The notes beneath the pieces were generated by a model. That model had not been told where the DNA came from. It saw only the letters and a list, made by a program, of their open reading frames with translations, and searched no databases. The translations under genes and the position numbers were made by a program. This document shows, in pieces, positions 24,800 to 37,436 of a stretch of DNA of 64,000 nucleotides; position 1 is the stretch's first letter, and every line of letters begins with the position of its first letter. The stretch lies in NCBI RefSeq assembly GCF_009914755.1, contig NC_060925.1. One strand, 5' to 3'. Origin of the DNA: the human T2T-CHM13v2.0 reference genome, Homo sapiens.

Positions 24800-27032
24800 T
24801 CATATGGTTTTGTTGTGTCCCCAGCCAAATTTCATTTTGAATTGTAGCTCTCATAATACCCATGTGTTGTGGGAGAGACCCAGCGGGAGGTAACTGAATC
24901 ATGGGGGCAGGTTTTTCTCATGCTTTTTGTGATAGTGAATAAATCTCATGATATCTGATGGCTTTTATAAAGGAGAGTTCCCCTGCACATGCTGTCTTGC
25001 CTGCCGCCACTGTGAGATGTAACTTTGTGCTTCCTTCACCTTCTGCCACAATTGTGAGGCCTCCCCAGCCATGTGGAACTGTGAGTCCATTAAACCTTCT
25101 TTCCTTTATAAATTACCCAGTCTTAGGTATTTCTTAAAGCAGTATGAAAAATGAACAGGACAGTGGGGTGTGGCTGTAAAGATACACAAAAATGTGGAAA
25201 CGACTTCGGAACTGGGTAACAGTTAGAGGTTGGAACAATTTGGAGGGCTCAGAAAAAGATAGGAAAGTGTGAGAAAGTTCAAAACTTTGTAGAAACTTGT
25301 TGAATAGCCTTCACCAAAAGCTGAGAGTGATATGGACAATAAAGTTCAGGCTGAGGTGGTCTCAGATACAGATGAGGAACTTGTTGGGAACTGGAGTAAA
25401 GGTCACTCTTGCTATGCAAAGAGACTGGCAGCATTGTGCCCCTGCCCTAGAAGTCTGTGGAACTTTGAACCTGAGAGAGATGATTTAGGGTATCTGGTGG
25501 AAGAAAATTCTAAGTGGCAAATTGTTCAAGACCAAGCAGAGCTTAAAAGTTTAAAAAATTTGCAGGCTGATGCTGCAATAGAAAAGAAAACCCCATTTTC
25601 TGGGCAGAAATTCAAGCCTGCTGCAGAAATTTGCATAAGTAACAAGGAGCCAAATGTTAGTCACCAAGACAATGGAGAAAATGTCTCCAGGGCATGTCAG
25701 AGGCCTTTGTGGCAGCCCCTCCCATCACAAGCCTGGAGGCCTAGGAGGGAAAAATGGTGTCGTGGGCTGGGCTCAGAGCACCCCTGCTTTGTGCAGTCTC
25801 GGGACTTGGTACCCTATTTTCTAGCTGTAGCTAAAAGGGACCAATGTGCAGCTCAGGCCATTGTTTCAGAGGGTGCAAGCCCAAAGCCTTGGAAGCCTCC
25901 ACATGATGTTTTGCCCATGGGTGCACAGAAGTCAAGAACTGAGGTTTGGGAACCTCTGCCTAGATTTCAGAAGATGTATGGAAATGCCTGGATGTTCAGG
26001 CAGAGATGTGCTGCAGGGGTGAAGCCCTCTTGGAGAACCTCTGATAGGGCAGTGCAGAAGGGAAATATGGGGTGGGAGTCCCCACACAGAGTCCCCAATG
26101 GGACACTGCCTCGTGGAGCTGTGAAAAGAGAGCCACTGTCCTCCAGACCCCAGAATGGTAGATCCACCAGCAGCTTGCACCATGCACCTGGAAAAGCCAC
26201 AAACACTCAATGCCAGCCCATGAAAGCAGCCATGAGGGGTGGCTGTATGCTGCAAAGCCACAGGGGTAGAGCTGCCCAAGACCATGGGAACCCAACTCTT
26301 GCATCAATGTGACCTGGATGTGAGACATGGAGTCAAAGGATATCATTTTGGAGCTTTAAGATTCGACTGCCCCACTGGATTTTGGACTTGCAGGGGTCCT
26401 ACAGCCCATTTGTTTTGGCCAATTTTTCCCATTGGAATAGCTGTGTTTACCCAATGCCCGTACTTCCATTGTATCTAGGGAGTAACTAGCTTGCTTTTGA
26501 TTTTACAGGCTCGTAGGCAGAAGGGGCTTGCTTTGTCTCAGATGAGACTTCAGACTATGGACTTTTGAGTTAATGCTGAAATGAATTAAGATTTTGAGGG
26601 ACTGTTGGGAAGGCATGATTAGTTTTGAAATGTGAGGACATGAGATTTGGGAGGGGCCGGGGGCAGAATCATATGGTTTGGTTGTGTCCCCATCCAAATC
26701 TCATCTTGAATTGTAGCTCCCATAATTCCCACATGTCATGGGAGACATCTGGTGGGAAGTAATTGAATCACGGGAATGGGTCTTTCCCTTGCTGTTCTCA
26801 TGATAGTGAATAAGTTTCATGAGATCTGATGGTTTTATAAAGGGGAGTTCCCCTGAACACACTCTCTTGCCTGACACCATGTAAAATGTGACTTTGTTCC
26901 TCCTTCACCTTCTGCCATAATTGTGAGACCTCACCAGCCATGTGGAATTGTGAGTCAGTTAAACCTTTTTCCTTTATAAATTACCCAGTCTTGAACATGT
27001 CTTTATTAGCAGCGTGAGAACAGTCTAATACA
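24800..27032 (+). mobile_element. Full-length THE1 (C/D-type) MaLR: LTR 24800-25156, internal 25157-26668, LTR 26669-27032
   Basis: Two roughly 360-bp THE1 LTRs (...TTTATAAAGG(A/G)GAGTTCCCCTG...) flank about 1.5 kb of THE1-int, with a purine tract GGGAGGGGCCGGGGCAGAA before the 3' LTR. Confidence 0.95.
25332..26312 (+). other. 326-codon open frame from the THE1/MaLR internal (gag-derived) ORF; last ~27 codons are out of the ancestral frame
   Basis: MDNKVQAEVVSDTDEELVGNWSKGHSCY...EVWEPLPRFQKMYGNAW aligns with the MSTA-int peptides in this window. No evidence of expression. Confidence 0.7.
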
Positions 27033-27384
27033 GTTGGTGTCATGCATGGAGCTCATCTGTGATCCCCTGGACACTGCAAAGGAAATAAGACTCATTCCAG
27101 ATTCCGAGTATTAGTGGAAAGTAGCTCCTAAGACACTAATAGATTTTTTTTTCCTCTAAATTCTCAGCAATTGTCTGCCATGGATGACACTTGAAGTTTA
27201 AATGTTTCACAGTCTGATGCCAAGTAGAGCTGGTAAAGAAAGCAGGGCATATTCCTGTTTCTATGTCTTCAGTTTCTACTTCCCCCTTCCCTTCTCTTGT
27301 AAATGTGGTCTTTAGTTTTAACACTTTACCAAATTTTCCCCATTATCTTAGTTCTTCAGCCCATTTTCCTTTGTTTTTTCAAAC

Positions 27385-27731
27385 ATTGTCATGCATTGCA
27401 TAACATTGTTTCTGTCAACAATGGGTAATATTATAACAGTGGTCCCATAATATTATAAAATCATATTTTTATTGTACCTTTTCTATGTTTGGATATGTTT
27501 AAATGCATAAGTAGTTACCATTGTGTTCCAGTTGCCTGCAGTACTCAGTACAGTAACATGCTGGGCAGGCTTGTAGTCTAGGAGCACAAGGCTATATCAT
27601 TTAGCCTAGATGTGTGGTAGGCTATACCAACTAGGTTTGTGTATGTAATCTCTATGTTGTTTCACAAACATGACATCACCTAATGATCCATTTCTCAGAA
27701 TATATCCCCATCATTAAGTGACTCATGTGTA
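27385..27731. mobile_element. Tigger3a/MER7A-like MITE, inserted in an L2 relic (about 27270-28200)
   Basis: GTCATGCATTGCATAAC...GGTCCCATAA...GTAGGCTATACC...CATTAAGTGACTCATG; homologous to the ends of the 40-41.6 kb element. Confidence 0.8.
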
Positions 27732-29054
27732 TATTTGAAAATACCAACCAGTATTTCTAAATCTCTCATTTTCTTTTTTTCTTAAAATGAGTATCTCCTG
27801 GTTCTCCTATTATTATTCTGTATCTTACTTGTTTATCTCATTTGCTGGTTGCCATTCTACTTCCTTTTTCCTAAATATAATTTCAAATGATTTGCCTTCA
27901 TATTATTTTTTCATAATTTCCACGTGACCTTCTGTTGACTAACCCATTCCTATAATTCTGAACTATTGTCTAACCTCTCTTTTGAATTCTTGTTCCTCAC
28001 TTCCAACTTGTTATAGGTAGCCTTACACACATATCCCACATCTATTCTTAGTATAATCTATAACTGATCTAATTAGCTTCTGCCCCAAAATTGGCCATTC
28101 TCACATTTCTTGTTAATAATTAAATGCATCGACATTATGCCCAACACCCAAACACAAAACCTTACTGCTGCAGTTCTCAACCTCTCAGATAAATCTTTCC
28201 TGATGAGCGCATTTTTAACATTTGTAAGGCCTGTTGAGTTGGGATTGTCATAACAACTGAGGTTTGCTAGTACCACTAAGTACACAGAGGGTAAGAATGC
28301 TACACATCTTGCAGATCAAGCTGCCCATGCACCAACGAATTGTTCTACATTTTGAATGAATTTAAAATGTCCTACTAGACATTTAGATAGGTGAAAAAGA
28401 AAAACCTATTTTAGAAATTTCCTCAGCATAGAATCTAACTGTTTTACATAAAACATAAAGAATTTTTGGCAAAGTTTTAATATATATTGAATTTCCAGAA
28501 ATTCGTACACTATGTAAATTGTCCTTTTTCCTCAAACATTGCCAGGAGTTTTTCACCATTATAGAAAAGTATATCATTGTTGGCAACACAGCTCATGGTG
28601 TTTGAGTCAGCAAGTACCCAAGCAGGCCATAAGTTTGCATTTGCAGCTGTTGCAATTTTTAGTGATTATTCATGTGGATGCAAAGATCTGAAGAATCACT
28701 TTTTCATTTATTTACTCATTCAAAACTTATTGACTTTATTATTTCCTCACAGGTTACTTATGTTGAGGATTTATATACCTTAGTATTTGTTATAAATTAT
28801 TTTTCTTTAATTTCTCTTTTATATGTCACATTTTAAAAATTTAATCACTTTGTTTTGGGTATATAAAAATTACCTTGCAGGGTAAACAAAGGGAAGTTAT
28901 TAGTAATATTTTTATATAAAGGGAGTTTAGTGGTCTCATAGAATTGAGAACTATTAACTTAGAGTCCTTTGTAAATTTTCCCTCTCTTCTCTACTATCAG
29001 AAAAATATTCCCAAATTCTATAAATGTAGGTTTCATTAATATTCTATTTTTAAT

Positions 29055-29193
29055 AATTTTAACTTTTATTTTAGATTCAGGGAGTACACGTGCAGGTTTG
29101 TTACATGCTGTGATGCTAAGGTTGAGTTGTAATTGTCCCATCAGCTACATAGTGAGCATAGTGCCCCAAAAGTCTTTCAATCCTTGCCTCCTC
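29055..29193 (-). mobile_element. L1PA15/16-like 3' end fragment
   Basis: TTTTATTTTAGATTCAGGGAGTACACGTGCAGGTTTGTTACATG. Confidence 0.75.
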
Positions 29194-29412
29194 ATTACTA
29201 TTCTTACCTGTTTTTTCACACATTACTATCCTTAATTTCAGTTTACATGCTCTTCATCTAAATGCTCAAAGCCTTCCTAATTAACTTTGTTTCTTTGAAA
29301 GTTTAGGTTATATAGGTTTTTAAAATATAGGCTTTGGAATCAGACTGACATAGATTTATATTCTATCTTGTCACTTATTATAGCTTAATTGTTTTTATAT
29401 TTAAGAAGAAAT

Positions 29413-30863
29413 TGTTCATATCCTTTGCCCACTTTCTGATGGGGTTGTTTGTTTTTTTCTTGTAAATTTGTTCAAGTTTTTTATGTATTCTGGATATTAA
29501 CCCTTTGTCAGATAGATTGCAAAAATTTCTCCCATTCTGTAGGCTGCCTGTTCACTCTGATGATAATTTATTTTGCTGTGCAAAAGCTCACTAGTTTAAT
29601 TAGATCCCATTTGTCAATTTTGGCTTTTGTTGCTACTGCTTTTGGTGTTTTAGTCATGAAGCCTTTGCCCATGCCTATGTCCTGAATGGTATTGCCTAGG
29701 TTTTCTTCAAGGGTTTCTATGGTTTTAGGTCTTAGGTTTAAGTCTTTAATCCATCTTGAGTTAATTGTTGTATAAGGTGTAAGGAAGGGGTCCATTTCCA
29801 GTTTTCTGCATGTGGCTAGTCAGTTTTCCCAACACCATTTATTAAATAGGGAATCCTTTCCCCATTGCTGTTTTTGTCAGGTTTGTCAAAGATTAGATGG
29901 TTGTAGATGTGTGGCGTTATTTCTGAGGGCTCTGTTCTGTTCCATTGGTCTATATGTCTGTTTTGGTACTAGTACCATGCTGTTTTGGTTACTGCAGCCT
30001 TGTAGTATAGTTTGAAGTCAGGTAATGTGATACCTCCAGTTTTGTTTTTTTTTTTTTTGCTTAGGATTGTCTTGGCTATACGGGCTCTTTTTTGGTTTTA
30101 TATGAAATTAAAAGCTCATCATCACTGGTCATTAGAGAAATGCAAATCAAAAACACAATGAGACACCATCTCATGCCAGTTAGAATGGCTATCTTTAACA
30201 AGTCAGGAAACAACAGAAACTGGAGATGATATGGAGAAATAGGAACGTTTTTACACTGTTAGTGTAAATTAGTTCAACCATTGTGGAAGATGATGTGGCA
30301 ATTCCTCAATGATAAAGAACTAGAAATACCATTTGACCCAGCAATCCCATTACTGTGTATATACTCAGAGGATTATAATTCATTCTACAATAAACACATT
30401 CACACGTATGTTTATTGCAGCAATGTTCACAATAGCAAAGACTTGGAACCAACCCAATTCCTCATCAATGATAGACTGGATAAAGAAAATGTGGCATATA
30501 TACACGGTAGAATACTATGCAGCCATAAAAAATGAGGAGTTCATGTCCTTTGCAGGAACATGGTTGAAGCTGGAAACTGTCATTCTCAGCAAACTAACAC
30601 AGGAACAGAAAACCAAACACCACATGTTCTCACTCATAAGTGGGAGTTGAACAATGAGAAAGCATGGACACAGGGAGGGGAACATCAAACAATGGAGCCT
30701 GCCAGGGTGTTGGGGGCTAGGGGAGGGATAACATTACGAGAAATACCTAATGTAGATGATGGGTTGATGGGTGAGCAAACCACCATGGCAGGTATATACC
30801 TATGTAACAAACCTGCACATTCTGCACATGTATCCCAGAACTTAAAGTATAATAATAATAAGA
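29413..30863 (+). mobile_element. L1PA7-like insertion with 5' inversion (inverted arm 29413-30113, sense arm 30114-30863)
   Basis: ORF2 peptide on - (29568-29795) followed by the ORF2 C-terminus and 3'UTR on + (30333-30650); A-tail; TSD AAGAAGAAA at 29403-29411 and 30864-30872. Confidence 0.92.
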
Positions 30864-33457
30864 AAGAAGAAACAATATTTCTTATCTACCAATAACAATG
30901 TTGTTGGAAACAAATAGGCTATGTGATATGCCTAATGTATAAAAGTAAATATTCATTTAATGTTAGATGTCTCTTTCAGATCCCTGTTATATATAAGGTA
31001 ATCATAACATTCTAGATTTTCTAAAAGAATCTTGATTGTACTGTTATATACAGTTGCCAAACCATGTGACATGATGTTAGGCTTAGAAAATAAGGTGAAC
31101 ATAATTACAATGTATCTTTTGGTGTATGCAGTGAAGTCTCAAGTGTGTATGTATCCACAGCACAAATAATTGAGAACTCCTTTAGTAACAGGCATTACAT
31201 GACCTCAGGAGATAAATTTTCATTACTTCTCCAATAATCTTGCAGCTAAATTTGATGCCGGGCATGAGCCAAATTTTCTTCTCCCTTGCAAACTGCCATT
31301 TCTACTGAATGTCAGGAGCTTACTTATTTTCAGCTTACATTTTTTTATAAACTCTATTTCCATTCAATTTCTGCTCACCTGAAATAAAAATATGAAGTAC
31401 TTATCAGAAAGCAGAACTTTTTCTGCCTTGCTATAAATGAAACATTCTTGAAAATTAATGTGGTACCCTAAGTTAACAGCAGTAATTGGAATGCCTGCGT
31501 GAATGCTACCTAAAGGAACTGGAAACGTAAGTCTTTTATTATTATCATTATTATTATTATTTGTAAGGCCCATTTCAGAAGATTGTATATTTCCTCTAGT
31601 TTGGACTTTCTTATTTTAAATATTCATTTGTAAGATAAGTTGTCAGAAAGCTAGTTTGAATCTGCAACACTGGCCAGTTTCCTTAGATGACTTTCTTAAA
31701 CTTTCATGGATTAGTTCATTTATGTCAGGAATATTCCCAAAAGGAGATCAGAGACAACTGTAGAAAAGAAGGAATGAGTCAAGTCTGGTACATTAGGGAC
31801 AGTAAAAAAACCTCGCCTTTAACTGATTTTAAAGGGCTTGGTATACCCACAGAAATACAGAGCGGGAGCTCAGAGTATCTTGAGTCAGCAAGGAAAATGT
31901 GTCACGTTGTTGGTGAGACAAGATTTGTAGGCAGAGAGGAGAACATCATTCCAAAGAGGCAGACTACAAACAGTTCTGAAAAATAAATACAAAAGTATTG
32001 GGAGGATTACAGAGTAAGAAAATATGAAGAGGATTAGGGAACAGGGAGATGTAAAATTGATCACATTAGATTGAAAGAGATTTTGAAAGATTTTGAAAAG
32101 AGAAGAAAGGAGGAAGCTTGAATTTAATACAAAATGTAGGTATCAAATTGTATATGTGTTGATAAAAACATTGTCAGACAAAACATACAGTCAAAATCCA
32201 GGATGAATATGCTTAATATAAGAAAACTAGATGGCTCCTTTAGTTAAATCAAACAAAACCTAGAGTTTCATGTATGACTTTACATTCACAGCATCTATTT
32301 TTTAAAACATAAGTCCATTGTCAGGTGTCCAGCAATTAAATCAATAGCTTTCTTTTACTGTTAATGACAAAAATTAATCAAATTTGAAATCATCTAGATT
32401 TTCTAATTAGCTAACATTTTAGAAGCTAGAAGATTCTGGCTATACTGTTAACCCAGACTTTCTGAGAATTAATTTAAAATGTCAACGTTTAGGGACATAA
32501 AATACAAATGATCATTGGAAATTCTGCTTCCAGCCACCATAGGAAGTTATAGAATAAGTGGACTGAAATTGCCATCCTGCTTTAAACAGCTGTAACACTA
32601 CACAAAATATACAAGGCAACTGATTTCGGCATTGGAAAACCTGCAGTGCAGGACCGGATACTTGAGAGAAGTTAACACAAGGGGTGGCGAACTCCCTGTT
32701 CAACCCTTTCCATTTAGATGGAGGCTTTCCCCTGACCATGGCAACAGAAGGTGGACACCCAGTAGAGTACAGTGAGAAGCAGAGACTGGAGCTCAAAGCT
32801 GCTGAAACACTTGTAATTTCCAGGGCAGAGAACCAGACAAAGGGTAGCTGTGGAAGAAACTATCAGAAGTCAGGAGAGGGTGCCATGAAATTTATTGCCA
32901 AGGACAGTACCGCACATCACAGGGCAAGATTCTGCAATACCTTGCAGAAAGCAAGTGTTGTGGGTCTGAGAGTGGAATGATATGCCAATAGACACACAGT
33001 GCTGAGAGGCATTGGGGTTCTAATCTAGCTGTGGGGTAGAGACCTCACTGAATGAAGAATCTCTGACATTCAGTAAGTAAGAAAGAGTAAGGACCAAAAT
33101 AACAGCCTAGAGTAAAAGCCATATCCTAGAACTGAAGTAAAACACTAAAATAGATTATTTTTCCAGTAAAGAATAAACTCAAAGTTGATGAGATCAAAAG
33201 TATTTGCTAGTAACTTAATTACCTGCCAGAACAACATTCAGTGTCAATTAAAAGAAGACATCATAATCTAGACTCTCTACAACACATGATTCACCAAGTC
33301 ATCCAGAAGAATTCCACATGTAGTGAAAATAAGGGCATTTTCAGGTAAACAAAAGCTAAAGGACTTCACTTTTAGTAAACCAACACTACAATAAATGCTA
33401 AAGAATTTTTAAGGCTAAAGGACATTATACTAGATAAAAACATGGATTTATAAATAA

Positions 33458-33917
33458 TGTATTAGTTTGCTATAGGTATTATGGCAAAGGACCACACACT
33501 GGATGATTTAAACAACAAAAATATATTGTCTCACCATTCTGGAGGCTAGGAATCAGAGTTCCAGGTGTTGGCAGGGCTGGTTCCTTCTAATTCTGGAGGC
33601 TGTGAAGGAAAATATGTTCCATGCCTCTTTCATAGTTTCTGGGGTTTTACTGGCAATCTTTAGTATTTCTGGGGTTGTTGAAGCGTCACCTGATGCCTGC
33701 CTTTATCTCCATGTGTCATTTTCCCTGTGGGTGTCTCCGTGTCCAAATTTCCTCTTTATATAGGACATTAGTCATATTGGATTAGGGCCCATTCTGTTTA
33801 CCTCATCTTAATTAATTAAATTCACAAAGACTATTTCAAGTAATGTTAAATTTTGAGGTTCTGGGAATTAGAACTTCAACATATAAATTTAAAGGGGACA
33901 TACTGTAACCCTTAATA
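33458..33917 (-). mobile_element. MLT1B/C solo LTR
   Basis: TGTATTAGTTTGCTA...TTCTGGAGGCTAGGAA...GGATTAGGGCCCA...GGGGACA; TSD AATAA/AACAA. Confidence 0.85.
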
Positions 33918-34693
33918 AACAAGGATAAGGAATACTAGAAGGTATAAATAGCTGGATAAATATAATAGACTAGTGTGCATTTTTTCCTTTACTTTTTTAA
34001 GAGATAATTGATGGTTTAAATTAAAAAATAATAGCATTGTCTCATAAACTTTATAATGTTTATAGAAGTAAAATATATGACAATATAACAGTGAAAGGAG
34101 AGGAAAAGTGGAGTTATTTAATTGTAAGGTGTATTTTTGTTCAAATTTAATGTGAAATACACAATGCTAACTCTAGGAAGACTTCGTAAGTCACAGAAGC
34201 ATATTGGAATACAAAAGTAGACATTAAAATGAAAAAACCCACTAGAATAATAACAATGGAATACTCAAAAATATTTATCTAATTGAACAGAAAACAAAAA
34301 AGAAGAAATGAAAATGGGGACAGACCCATATAGAACAAAAATTATACAACTATCAAGATTTTTTAATTAAATTAAAACAATATAAAGATTACATGAAATA
34401 TAGCTGAATTAGGCACTCTAATTAAAAGCCGGAGATTCTCAAGCTGAACAGAAATGTATATCCCAACTACATACTGTCTACAAGAGATGTACTTCAAACA
34501 TAAAGTCAATTCTTTATGACTTTTTAGATAAGTAAATATATAGAAAATATATATCATGCAGATAGTAACTTTAAAAAGGTAAGTATGGCTATATTAATAT
34601 TAGACAAATTATACCTCAAGACAAGTAGTATCAGAGATGAACATTGCTTCAAAATGACAAAAGCGTCAATTCATCAGGAGGTCAGAGTGATTA

Positions 34694-34810
34694 CATATGT
34701 GTCAGTGTACGTCAGTGTGTACACATATACACACACATGTGTGTACTACATATGTGTGTCTATATGTGTGTATATATTGTATATAATTACATGTATTATA
34801 TATGTGTCAG
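34694..34810. repeat. Degenerate (CA/TA/TG)n purine-pyrimidine tract
   Basis: Seen directly; bounded by the direct repeat ATATGTGTCAG. Confidence 0.85.
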
Positions 34811-36277
34811 ACTTCAAAATACAGGAGGCAAAAATGGCAGAAATAGATAAATAAAACAAATATATAATCATAGTTGGAGATTTTAACACTGCACAGTCAG
34901 CAATTGATAGAACAACTAGATTACAATCAACCAACTCAATCCAACTGATGTAGAATACTGTACCCAAGAACTACAAAAACCACAGTCTTTTCTGAAGTGT
35001 ACATGGAACATTTACCAAGGTAGACCACTTACTGGGTCACAAAATACTTCTCATTAGTTGCAAAACATTGATTCTTCTAGAGTATGTCCTTTGATCACAA
35101 GAGAATAAAATTAAATTGGTAATCAATAAATTAAGATAGCTGATATATCTAGAAAATATCCAGTTATTTGAAAAGTAAACAAGATACTTCTACATGAGCC
35201 AAGGCTCAATAAAGAAATGACAAGGGGAATTAGAATTTATAATAAGCAACTATAATGAAAAAGCAACATAGTAAACATTGTGAGAAACAGCTAAAGCAGT
35301 GCTTAAAGGGAAATTTATAGTTCTAATTTCTCATGTTAGAAAAGAAGTAAAATTTAAATTCAATGTTTTAATTTTTTAGCATGAGAGGGTAGGAAAGCAA
35401 GGAAAATTTAAGTCAAGTAGAAGCATGAAAAATAGGACTAAGAATAGAAATCAATAAAATGGAAAACATATAATAGAGGAAAATAGCAAAGGCAAAGTTG
35501 TTCCATTGATAAAATCAATACAATTTTTAATACTGTAGATAAAATGATAAGGAGCAAAAGGGAAGAAACTATAAATTACCAATATCTAGAATAAAATATG
35601 AGATAAATCTATAGATCTTACTATATACTAAAATGATCAAAAGCAAATATTATGGACAATATAAAGCTAATAAATTTGATGACTTGGATGAACTGAACAA
35701 ATTCCTTGAACTACATGACTCAAAAAACTGAAAAAAGATGATAAACTAGAAAATATAAATAACAATTATATGTTAAAAGAATTCATTATCAAAATCCTCC
35801 CAAAGTAACACTCAGGCCCACAAGATGTTCTTGTGAATTCTATGAAACACTGAAGGATGAAAACAATAATCATCTTCACAAATTATTTTAGAAAGTAGAG
35901 TACCCAAGAACACTTCCCAATTTATTTTATAAGGTCAGCATGTCTCCAATACCAAGACCTAAACTATTAGAAATAAATTGAACAAAAACAATGTAGGACT
36001 TCTACATTTAAACCACAACACTTTGCTGAGGTAAATTACAGAAGGTTTAATTGAGTAGTGATATATCATATTCAATGATTGGAAGATACATTGTTAAAAT
36101 ATGAACAGACCAATTGAACAGAATTTGTAGTTCAGAAATAGATTTTAATCAAATGCACCAAGGTAACTGAACAGGGAAAAGAAAGTCTTTTCACAGATTG
36201 TGCATCTCAATAAATGAGTAGACAAAAATAAACCTTGACCTCCTAACTCACATAATATCCAAACTTTAATTTAATTA

Positions 36278-36573
36278 ATTATTTTTTTAGAGAAGGAATC
36301 TTGCTTTGTTGCCCAGGCTGGAGTGCAGTGGCACAACCTTGGCTCACTTCAGCCTCAACCTGCTGGGCACAAGTGATCCTTCCACCTCAGCCTTCTGAGT
36401 AGCTGGGACTACAGGTGCATGCCACCATGCTTGGCTAATTTTTGTATTTTTTGTAGTGAGAGTCTCACCGTATTATGTTGCCCAGGCTGGTCTCAGACTC
36501 CTAGGCTTAAGTAATCCTCCTGCACTGGCTCCCAAAGTGCTGAGATTACAGGTATGAGCCACTGTGCCCAGCC
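36278..36573 (-). mobile_element. AluJ
   Basis: CAGCCTCAACCTGCTGGGCACAAGTGATCCT J-type motifs; degenerate TSD CAAACTTTAATTT/CAAAATTTTAATTT. Confidence 0.92.
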
Positions 36574-37096
36574 CAAAATTTAATTTATTTTTGACAGATT
36601 ATAGAATTAAATGTAAAAGGTGAATGTATTCTGCTTATAAGAGAAAACACAGAAGAATATCTTTGTGACCTTAGGGTAAGTACCAACTTTTAGACAGGAT
36701 ACAGAAATTACTAACATAAGAAAGATAATAATTCATACATCATCAGTATTAAAAACTGCTCATGAAAAGACAAGTAAAATCAGGAGCTGCAGATGGAATA
36801 ATATTTTGCAATACACATATATGACTAAAGACTTGCATCTAGTATTAAAAACTTTTGAAGATAAGTAGTAAAAAGGAAGCAACACTGTAAGTCTTAAACA
36901 TTTCACAAAAAGAGATGTAGAAATACTCAACTCATTTAGTCATAAAGAAAATGAAAATTTAAATCACAATGCAATACCAATTTACACTAGAGAGGATAAA
37001 ATTAAAAAAATGGCAATGTGGCAATGTTAAATGTTGATGAGCAAGTGAAGCAAATGGAAATCTTATACTTTGTTGTCTATTAGGAAGAAAGTGTAA

Positions 37097-37436
<340 letters not shown>

